This document shows positions 25,497 to 34,200 of a stretch of 42,347 nucleotides of DNA, in pieces. The stretch lies in IMG/VR virus record IMGVR_UViG_3300032167_000028; one strand, 5' to 3'. This DNA is from a virus. Lineage: Duplodnaviria; Heunggongvirae; Uroviricota; Caudoviricetes. Positions within the stretch are counted from its first letter, which is position 1. Every line of letters begins with the position of its first letter. Below the pieces are notes generated by a model that saw nothing but the letters and a program-made list of their open reading frames with translations, was not told where the DNA came from and ran no database searches. Made by a program: the position numbers and the translations under genes.

Positions 25497-25889
25497 TTAA
25501 GCCTCCAGCGACATAAAGTCAATTACAACAGGAACACCAAAACGTTCTGTTAGAAGTTCCTCTAAAATAGTACGGGCATTATCGACACAAAGATTTATGC
25601 GGCGACTCGCAATTTTAAAATCTTCATTGAAGATATCCTTTAGACCTAAATAAGAAACTTCGGTTTCTTTAGCTTCACTTGCGTGCTTCATACCTGCAGA
25701 ACGATAAAAATCATCTTCTGTAGAAAGAATTGTATCTCGTCTAAAAACTGCTTGACGAATTGTTTCAGTTGTTTTACCTTGACCCGCTTCGGCAATAAGA
25801 TATACAACAGGATCTTCACGGTCTCCCTTTGGACAATGAACACAGATTCTTTCTCTTACATCGAGTGGAACAATTTGATTAACTAACAT
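25497..25889 (-). CDS. Small P-loop NTPase-like protein, 130 aa
   Basis: Walker A-like AEAGQGKT and Walker B-like INLCVDN. GGAGG RBS; TAA stop. Confidence 0.65.
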   Translation of the reverse strand: MLVNQIVPLDVRERICVHCPKGDREDPVVYLIAEAGQGKTTETIRQAVFRRDTILSTEDDFYRSAGMKHASEAKETEVSYLGLKDIFNEDFKIASRRINLCVDNARTILEELLTERFGVPVVIDFMSLEA

Positions 25890-25890
25890 A

Positions 25891-26847
25891 TTAACCTCCG
25901 GCCTTTTGATTATATCCTAATTTTTCAGTAGAGAAGAAATTGATATAATACTTTTCACGTTCATTTAGTTGCTCTTTAGAACATTCTTCAATAAGTTCAA
26001 AAGTAAAATTCCAAATTCCTTCATCGCGCATTGCTTGATGAACTCGCTAGTCCGCGATTGTACTTATACCAACTGAACTTTTTATATGGTCAGTTAAACG
26101 TTTTCTTACAGAAGTCGAACGACCAATATATGCTTGTTTTGTTCTATCATTGGTAATTTTATAAATACCGCTACATTCGCGGCTTGGAAGAATATAATCA
26201 AGCATTTCATTAGCTTTCTTTTGGATATATTCCGACCAAATTAATTTATATAAAATATCGGGATTTCGTAACTCTTCTGCTACATGATTAAGTAAATAAT
26301 TAATGTCAGAACGATCAGAAGAAGATATTTGAATATGACGGTTTAAATCTTTTTCTTCATCACTCTATGAGCGTTGTACTGTTTCAATAACAGAAAGATA
26401 TTTACTTCTTTCACTCTCTAGCTTTGCGTCCATTTGAGCAAGTTCATTTTTTACTTCTTCATTTTTTAGACGCATAAGAGTCTGATGTTGAGTATTTAAT
26501 TCTTGAATCTTTTCAGCAAACTCTTCACAAATTTTTGCTTTTTCAATTTCATTACTATCTCGTACTGTTTGCAACGAAGCTGATAAAGCTTTTAATTCCG
26601 CGGTTTTAGCAGAAATATCTGTTTCAAGTCTTGACAACTCTTCTTGCTTATCAAGATTAAGAGTTTGATACATTGATACCGTAGTTAGGGCATCCGCGAG
26701 ATCTCGCTCAACTTCAGTTAAAGTATCCTGTCGATTCCGAATTTTCTGGTTTAAATTTTGTAAAGTTGTTGTTTTATTATACTTTACGCGATAATAAAAT
26801 GTTGCTGCAATAACTATAATACATAAAATTAAAAGTATTATTCCCAT
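25891..26847 (-). CDS. Membrane-anchored coiled-coil protein with a C-terminal GIY-YIG endonuclease domain, 318 aa, 2 in-frame TAG
   Basis: Hydrophobic N-terminus MGIILLILCIIVIAATFYY and a long heptad region, then after TAG (26367-26365) SGIYKITN...AYIGRS...RKRLTDH...LNEREKYYI...GYNQ. TAATG overlap at the start; the TAA stop lies 1 nt before the next ATG. Confidence 0.85.
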
Positions 26848-27044
26848 TACTTTTTCACCTTTACATATAGCCCGCAGGCACAACTTTCACCCTTTCCGAC
26901 ATTTTCTCGAAAATCTTTACAGGGACATTCGTAGTCAGGATTACCACGTTGTTCGCTATGACTGGGGCAGTATCCATCATTATCTCGCAGAGCAGATTGA
27001 ATAAAATTTACAGTATCTTTGTCACTACTGTATTTGTACTTCAT
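26847..27044 (-). CDS. Ferredoxin:thioredoxin reductase catalytic (beta) subunit-like protein, 65 aa, with variant motifs
   Basis: DGYCPS...ECPCKDF...SCACGLY matches the CPC/CPC/CHC layout of FTR-c. ATG 27044 with GGAG RBS. Confidence 0.75.
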   Translation of the reverse strand: MKYKYSSDKDTVNFIQSALRDNDGYCPSHSEQRGNPDYECPCKDFRENVGKGESCACGLYVKVKK

Positions 27045-27079
27045 AAGGACTCTCCTATATTCCTTTATTCTATACATAT

Positions 27080-27108
27080 ATTATACTTTAAAAAAAATAA
27101 AAAGTCAA
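27080..27108 (-). promoter_or_regulatory. SigmaA/sigma70-type promoter for the FTR-to-GT2 gene run
   Basis: TTGACT-17 nt-TATAAT on the - strand. Confidence 0.85.
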
Positions 27109-27112
27109 ATTT

Positions 27113-27144
27113 CAAAAAAAATAAGAGAGCCGAAGCTCTCTTAT
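27113..27144 (-). terminator. Intrinsic terminator after nrdG
   Basis: ATAAGAGAGC-TTCG-GCTCTCTTAT (cUUCGg tetraloop) followed by a T run on the - strand. Confidence 0.88.
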
Positions 27145-27689
27145 ACTCGGAAGTATACTTCCTCTTCAAAATTTTTAAGTGGTAATTCTTTTTCATCACA
27201 AAATCTATCGACTACACGATTAATTTTTTGATTGGTTGAACCACGCATCAAAAGTGTTACATCTCGCTTATCTTCTTCATATCGGCCATCAATAATGTAA
27301 TCAAACATATAAAGGAAATCGGCAAAATCTGGATGCTCTTTAATTAGTTCTTGTAGTTCTTGAGTTGTAAATCCGGTCCAGAGATAAATCTTAATTTCGT
27401 CTTCGTAATTATCTCGAACTGCCCTAGTAAGACTATAAAGAGGCTCGATATTATGAGATAATAGAGGTTCTCCACCCATAATACATAAATTTCTCATAAC
27501 TCCATTTGCTGTTAAAGCTTCAACGATTTTTTGTTCTGTTTCTTTGGTATATTCATAGCCGCCTTTATGATCCCAAGTTTCAGGATTATGACAACCTTTA
27601 CAATGGAAAGGACAACCCTGAGTGAATAATGTCAAACTTAATCCCGGAGCCGCGGCTGTATCATCATAAATAATTCCTGCATATCGCAT
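27141..27689 (-). CDS. nrdG: Anaerobic ribonucleotide reductase activating enzyme (radical SAM)
   Basis: CPFHCKGC (CxxxCxxC), GGEPL, YIIDGRY and RGSTNQ. Directly after nrdD. Confidence 0.95.
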   Translation of the reverse strand: MRYAGIIYDDTAAAPGLSLTLFTQGCPFHCKGCHNPETWDHKGGYEYTKETEQKIVEALTANGVMRNLCIMGGEPLLSHNIEPLYSLTRAVRDNYEDEIKIYLWTGFTTQELQELIKEHPDFADFLYMFDYIIDGRYEEDKRDVTLLMRGSTNQKINRVVDRFCDEKELPLKNFEEEVYFRV

Positions 27690-27693
27690 AATA

Positions 27694-29955
27694 TTATTCC
27701 TCCATATTACCGGTATGCTTTACACGAGCTTCGGTTTCTTTTTGTTTGCCATAATTAAAAGCAGTTTTATAATTACCAGTTAGATATCCTGTCACTCGGC
27801 GAAGCTGCTGAATATTAGTACTGCCGCATTCTGGGCACTGATTATTAAATTCATCGCAATATCCACAGTCAAGACATGTATCATTTGGTACGTTAATTGC
27901 AAGATATGGAATATCCTTATCCATAGCATAAACAACAATCTGTTCAAGTGCTTTTAGGTTATTCTTAATTCCACTTTCGAGTTCTACATAAGTAATACAA
28001 CCTGCAGAACTATATCCTGTAAGCTGACTTTCAAGGTCGATCTTCTCAAGTACTCCAACTTTCTCCCAGACTGGAACATGAATACTATTGGTAAAATATT
28101 CGTGATCAGAAACATTAGGAATAATACCATACTTATCTTGGAATTTCTTCATAGCAGTGTAGCAAAGATTTTCTGCTGGAGTATAGTATACACCAAAATT
28201 AAGCTTATACTCTTCTTTAAACTCAGCACAACGAGTTTTAAATAACTGCTCAATTCGTTTTGCAAGCTCCATACCCTTTGGAGAGGTATGATTACAACCA
28301 ATTAAAATTTCAAGAGTTTCTGCTAAACCGAGCTGACCAATAACAATTGTGCCGTGCTTTAAGGCAGAACGAATTCCTTCTTTTGGAATATAACCAGCCA
28401 TTAAACCATTTTCATACATAAACTTTGCAGATTCTGGACTCTGGCGGCAAATATATTCAAAGCGTTCAATTAGCATATCTTTTGCTTCATGAATTTTAAT
28501 ATCAAGCATTGCAAGGAATACTTCTTCAAGAGATTCTTCGTTTGCGGCATCTACTTTCCAAAGATTCTTTGCTTCCATAGCAACAGAAGGCATAATAATT
28601 GTTACTGGACAAATATTTCCACGTCCATCCTTTTGCTGACCAAGACCATTTACATCCCAACCATTTGCTGTACGACAACCCATTGTAGAGAAGTAAGTGC
28701 GAGGATCATTCTTATCATATCCGGCATTACCTGTCCAATCAATATTAGCATAGTTGGGATATAGGCGTTTTGCAGTAGACTCTAAAGCTAACTGGAATAA
28801 ATCATAATTTGGATCGCCAGGACGTTTGTTAATTCCTTCTCCAACTTGGAAAATACCACATGGGAAAATTGGAGTACGATGATGTTTACCTACACCTTTT
28901 AGGGAACCTAGAAGTAGAGCTTTAATAATCATCCTACCTTCAGGACTAGTACAAGTACCATAATTGATAGAGGTAAAAGGAAGTTGATTTCCACTACGGG
29001 ATTGAAGAGTATTTAAATTATGATACATACCCTCAACAGCTTGCATAGTTTCTTTTTCTACTTGTTTCATAGCATAATCCCAAGCTTCTGGATGTAACTG
29101 ACGGAAAGCTTCATCTTCAAAATGAACAGTTCCATCCATATGGAGATCATACTTTAACCATCTATAAAAACGATCAATTTTATAGGTTGACTTGTTTTCA
29201 CAATATTCCATACCAGTTGCAAGATGCTTGGTAAAACTCTTACGAAGATAAGGAACCATCGTCCAGTCTAGGTGAGTAGCACTTACTCCACCAAATTGCT
29301 GTAGCGACTGAAGTTGGAAAATAACAGCTAGAAGTTGAAAGGCGGTATCAATACTATTAGCGGGACGAATATCTGCTTGACGAGTATTAAATCCTTTTTC
29401 AAGTAAATGATCAAAAGGTACAGATAAACAATTGTGCATACCAACTGCATAAGCACTTAGATCGTGAATGTAAATATAATTGTTTAAATGGTTATACTTT
29501 GATTTCTCAGACATGCAGAAATTTAAAGCATATTCCTTCATCATAAGGTCAGAAGCTTCTCCCACGCGGCCGCCAAAAGAATGCTCGTCTACATTTGCAT
29601 TTTGATTTTCTACATTTGTTGCCGCGAGTTTACTTCCAATTGCTTCAAAAAAATCTGCCTTATATTCACGGGCAACTTCTTTCTTATAGCGATAGCGAAT
29701 ATATGCTCTTGCAACATTAGCATTATAAACCATCAAAACCATTTCGACAATATCTTGAATATGTTCAACTTCAATGTCACCAGTAAATTCTTTGCAACGA
29801 GTAAATATATCTTCTACTGCATCACAAATTTCTTTATAATTCATGGAAGAATTACCTTCTGCTGATACTTCAAAGGCCGCGGCTTCAATAGCATCATATA
29901 TCTTTTCTTTACTAAAAGTTACTTGCGAACCATCACGTTTAATAACAAAATCCAT
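27694..29955 (-). CDS. nrdD: Class III (anaerobic) ribonucleoside-triphosphate reductase with N-terminal ATP cone
   Basis: VIKRDG ATP cone, HNC and MGCR active-site cysteines, CxxC/CxxC zinc site and glycyl-radical motif RRVTGY. Confidence 0.97.
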   Translation of the reverse strand: MDFVIKRDGSQVTFSKEKIYDAIEAAAFEVSAEGNSSMNYKEICDAVEDIFTRCKEFTGDIEVEHIQDIVEMVLMVYNANVARAYIRYRYKKEVAREYKADFFEAIGSKLAATNVENQNANVDEHSFGGRVGEASDLMMKEYALNFCMSEKSKYNHLNNYIYIHDLSAYAVGMHNCLSVPFDHLLEKGFNTRQADIRPANSIDTAFQLLAVIFQLQSLQQFGGVSATHLDWTMVPYLRKSFTKHLATGMEYCENKSTYKIDRFYRWLKYDLHMDGTVHFEDEAFRQLHPEAWDYAMKQVEKETMQAVEGMYHNLNTLQSRSGNQLPFTSINYGTCTSPEGRMIIKALLLGSLKGVGKHHRTPIFPCGIFQVGEGINKRPGDPNYDLFQLALESTAKRLYPNYANIDWTGNAGYDKNDPRTYFSTMGCRTANGWDVNGLGQQKDGRGNICPVTIIMPSVAMEAKNLWKVDAANEESLEEVFLAMLDIKIHEAKDMLIERFEYICRQSPESAKFMYENGLMAGYIPKEGIRSALKHGTIVIGQLGLAETLEILIGCNHTSPKGMELAKRIEQLFKTRCAEFKEEYKLNFGVYYTPAENLCYTAMKKFQDKYGIIPNVSDHEYFTNSIHVPVWEKVGVLEKIDLESQLTGYSSAGCITYVELESGIKNNLKALEQIVVYAMDKDIPYLAINVPNDTCLDCGYCDEFNNQCPECGSTNIQQLRRVTGYLTGNYKTAFNYGKQKETEARVKHTGNMEE

Positions 29956-29956
29956 T

Positions 29957-30184
29957 TCATTTCACCTCTGAACCGCAGTAGAGACAGCGTCCTCCACGAA
30001 CCATTTTTTCAAAATTACTATTTGTATGAGTACACTGTTTACGTAATTCATTAATTTCTTTACGATAGCGAACAATATCAGTATTAAGTTCAAAATTATT
30101 ACTATCACTTAAAATATTGCGAATCTTCTGTTTACGATTTTCAATTGTCTCATAAATTTCTTCGTTAGTCATGGTATTCTCCAA
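29957..30184 (-). CDS. Small hypothetical protein with a C-terminal CxH...CxxC zinc-binding-like motif
   Basis: QCTH...RCLYCG. Tightly coupled to its neighbours; TGA stop. Confidence 0.7.
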   Translation of the reverse strand: MENTMTNEEIYETIENRKQKIRNILSDSNNFELNTDIVRYRKEINELRKQCTHTNSNFEKMVRGGRCLYCGSEVK

Positions 30185-31230
30185 ATCCCCCTTGTCTGTA
30201 TTAAATCGTTTTTTGTTTTATTAAAGAAAGGTTCAAAAGCAGAATTTTTTTCGATCAGTTCCGCCATTCTTTCTTTTAATTTCTTTGTGCCAAAACTTTG
30301 AGCTAAAGTCATATCATAATCCTCAGAATTTATCCACAAGCGTATTGCATTATAAACATCTTCATAAGGATTAGTTGTGTCATAATGATGGTAAATATCT
30401 GATTTAATAGGTATATTACGAGAATAATAGCTGTATGCTAGATTTAAACAATAAAAAATATTTCGTATATAAAAAGTTTCACTATAAACATCATTTCCAT
30501 AGTTCTTTCCAAGATAAATGCAAACATCTGATGTCTTAGTGATTTCTCCTAACAATTTTAATTTATATTTACCAAAATAAGTTTCTAAATGATGAAGAGG
30601 AACAAAATAGTCTAAAAATATTTTATTATTACGACTTACTTTTTCATAATCTTCTCGTAATGTAAAAAACTGTTTTACTGTATGGCATTGAATTGGCCGC
30701 GTCATGTAAATAGCAGAAGGATTTCTTTCTACTATCTCTTCAATGATTTGCCAACAATCTAAGAGACTAAGAAAATCATTATCATAAATATAAAATCTTT
30801 TTCTCTTTGCCGATGGCGGCAAAGGTAATCTTTTTCCTTCTTGGTCATAACATTTATAATAAATAGAATCTAAAAATTGTAAAGCACGAGAAGTGGATAC
30901 AGTTTTATTTACAATTTTTTCTTGAATAATATCATTGTAAATAGTTGTATCTGGAATCATATGTTCTGCAAGTTTTGGAATGGGATTTAAATACAGTCCA
31001 TATAATTCTACATTAGAATATTGAAATATTTCTTTTGGAAGTTTATCAATTATCCAATCACTAAAGAAACATACTCGTTCATAATGTTCAATATTTTCCA
31101 TTGTTTGTAGTAAAACTACATAATCACTTTGTGTGCTTTTTAAATAAGCCGCCATTTTCATGGCTGACAACGAAGGAGGCGGTAAGCCTCTCTTCGCCAT
31201 CAGTAATTCATAATCTATGATACCAATCAT
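30169..31230 (-). CDS. Degenerate radical-SAM-family-like protein lacking CxxxCxxC, 353 aa
   Basis: The N-terminus IGIID...PSLSAMKMAAYLK, plus EHMIPDTTIY and FYIYDNDFL, resembles the IGLID/FPNLALMKISAYHK/HIYPDYSLY radical-SAM family as recalled from memory. No Cys triad is present. ATGA overlap with dnaE. Confidence 0.5.
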   Translation of the reverse strand: MIGIIDYELLMAKRGLPPPSLSAMKMAAYLKSTQSDYVVLLQTMENIEHYERVCFFSDWIIDKLPKEIFQYSNVELYGLYLNPIPKLAEHMIPDTTIYNDIIQEKIVNKTVSTSRALQFLDSIYYKCYDQEGKRLPLPPSAKRKRFYIYDNDFLSLLDCWQIIEEIVERNPSAIYMTRPIQCHTVKQFFTLREDYEKVSRNNKIFLDYFVPLHHLETYFGKYKLKLLGEITKTSDVCIYLGKNYGNDVYSETFYIRNIFYCLNLAYSYYSRNIPIKSDIYHHYDTTNPYEDVYNAIRLWINSEDYDMTLAQSFGTKKLKERMAELIEKNSAFEPFFNKTKNDLIQTRGIWRIP

Positions 31231-34200
31231 TCTTCATCATACCTCTTGTCGGTATATGTAAAATGCTTTCCTTCAACTGAAGTAATTTTCATAATTGGAA
31301 TACGATGCAAACTATTCTTATAAGCTTTTGGAATAAAAGCATCTCCACGACGAATACCTTGTAGATATAATAAGTTGCCGCGGCTAAACCAAGACTTCTC
31401 TCGAACCTTCTTTTTACCATCAAGTTGGATTTCAGAAATCTGTTTATCATATTTAGCAAACTGATTCTTCCAAATCTTAACGGTTACAACTCCTGTTGGA
31501 GTTAAAAGTGTAACAGAATTTTTCAACTTATTTTTATCCAAAACTGTACCACAAATACAGTTAAGTTCAAACAATTGAATAAATTTGCCATCTTTTGTAG
31601 GGATAGTTCTTTCAATTACTGGTTCAGTTGGTAAAGAATTAAAATCTACAATATTGTACGCAATTGGATCAACTTTTTCAAGTTCATGCTCATGATAATA
31701 GAAAGACATAGATTCAATTTCATAATGAGAAATTGTACCTTTGGCATAGTTTTCAAATTGTTCTTGAATTAATGCCTCATTTAATTTACTAAGTAAATCA
31801 TCCATATTTTCTTTAATAAATACAGATAACGGAGCAATCTCTTTTTTATAAATTTTCTCCCAAGTCTTTACTGCAATACTCGTACCATCTAAAAGCAAGT
31901 CTACATCAAAACGATTACAGAAATAAGTTAAAGCTTTTTCTGGGAAGATAATTTTATCATCAACAATGTGCTTTCTCAAAAAACGATTATAAGCATATAG
32001 TTCACAAAATTCAGAAGCTTCTTCGTCCAAAATATGATACTTCATAAGCATTGGAACATTTGCAAGAGTAAGTTTTTCTTTGGTCTGTGCTTTTGTGGCA
32101 AGATAAGTTTCAATTATCTTCATACGATCTGGATACAAATTATCAAAAGCACCACACTTCAAAAGATTCAGCATTTGAGTTCGATTAACCTTAACCTTAT
32201 GCTGAAAATCTTCAATAGATTCATATGGTCTATTTGCGATAATTTGATTTACCAAATCCGCAGAGATACGAGTGATATTTCTTAGGCCGCTAGCAATACT
32301 ATTTTCTTCTACCAGTGGAGTAAAAGTGAAACCACTTTTATTAATATCTGGAGGAGTAATTTTAATACCTGCGGTCTGAAAACGACCAATTGCAGTTGCA
32401 ATTTTACCAAAGTTAATACTCTTTGTTTTCTTCTTTTTCTTCTTTACGTTCTGTTCAGGAATATCTTCATACTCAAATTCTTCCCATTCTTCTGGTTCAT
32501 AAATATCAACAATTTCTTCGGAATCTTCTGGAGCATCTTCAAGTTCGACAACAATACACTCATCATCGCCCTCTTCGGTTTCCTCTTTACCTGCACTATC
32601 TACAATAAGATTTGCGGTATTCCAGAAAATAATTGGATACTTATATGCCAGATTCATCTCTTGTAAAGCAACAAGAGAATAGGCAAGACAGTGACTGCGG
32701 TTGAATGAATAACCACGCTGAACTTTAAGCATTACATCCCAGACATAATGAACTAATTTATCATCACAATTACTATCCTGTGCGTTCTTAAAATAAGTTC
32801 TTTCACATTCATCAAAGATGGCACCAATCTTTTTTGCTAGACCTTTACGACACTTATCAGCAAAAGTTAGATCATTTCCTCCCAGCTTTGGTTCCTGTAC
32901 AAGAGACATTAGACCTTCTTGAGATTCACAAATACCATCAGTAATTGCACTATGGTTACTCAACCAATTGATATTTTCTTCAGATAATCCATATACCCGC
33001 ATCTCACGGACCCAAGCACCCGGATGTTTACGATAACGCGCCCACATTTCAAGCGGCTGTTCCGCACCCTTTTCTGGAGCCATTAGACGAATAACAGAGT
33101 TAAGAACCGCAAGGTCATTAACGTTCTTTGGTTTAGAAAGAGCAATACCCTGAAGACCACTTTGCTGTTCCATCTGGAAAAGACTTACAATTTCATGATC
33201 CCAAATTTTCTTCCACATTTTTGGATCATCTCGTTCGATATTATAAATACCAATAACTTTTTCATAAGTCTCTTTTAAAGTTGCTTCTGGTTTAACATAA
33301 CCATATTCCTGAAGAAGTTCAAGACAAACCTGAATTCTATCCATGCCTTCAACAGAAAGAGCATCATATTTGATAAGACTACATTCTTCAAGGTCATGAA
33401 GCTCGAATGCACTAATAATGGTTCCATCAGGTGCTCGCATTAACGCGGCCGTATTCGTAAAAGGTTCATCGTTAAAAACAATACCACCTGCGTGAATACC
33501 TACACCACAAATTAATCCTTCGATCTTTTGAGCAATTCTCCAAAGATCTGGATGAGTATCCATTTCCTGAACGAAAGTAGAACTTGGTGCAATACCATCT
33601 TTTTCACTTCCATAATACATCTTCTTTAAAGAATAAAGCTGACCACGTTCAGAAGTAATTAAAGATGCAAAATATTGTCCATCTTCTGGTGGCATATTTA
33701 AACCACGAGCCGCGGTAAGAATTGCACTCTTAGACTTTTCAGTTCTAAAAGTTGCAACATTACAAACACGATCTTCGCCATAAACCTTACGAAGATGTTC
33801 AAGTACCTGTCCACGCTTTAAACCAGAAATATCAAAGTCAATATCAAGAACAGAAACACGTTTTGGATTTAGAAAACGCCATGGAAAACACTTTGTCGTT
33901 TCACGTAAACAATTCATCTGAATAATATCCAGACAATATAGAAGTACAAAGCCACCACCAGAACCACGAGCACAACCAACGATTGTACCTGCATTCCAGC
34001 ATTCCTCAATAATTTTTTGAAGATTCAAATAATATGCACTCCACTGTGCATTATTAACTTCACTTGAAATCCATGTCATTTCAAGACACTCTTCCAAAGC
34101 CGCGTATGCTTCGTCGTTCTGAAGATCGGAATGCTTCTTAATACCTGCAATAGTTGCATATACAAGTTCATTATCCGCTACATGAGGAGAATCAATAAAC

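Noticed and set aside
25891-26364. Intron-encoded or free-standing homing endonuclease
   Set aside because: No host gene is interrupted and no intron-like sequence flanks it. The domain has no start or RBS of its own and is in frame with the TM/coiled-coil region.
3-26847. TAG as pyrrolysine or another amino acid, or sequencing error
   Set aside because: TAG aligns with CAG in an internal repeat, alternates with CAA in a poly-Gln run and occupies conserved Gln positions. Random error would not produce only TAG, or spare 15 kb entirely.
32425-32590. Intein in dnaE
   Set aside because: Too short, with no N-terminal Cys block, no His-Asn end and no LAGLIDADG motif.
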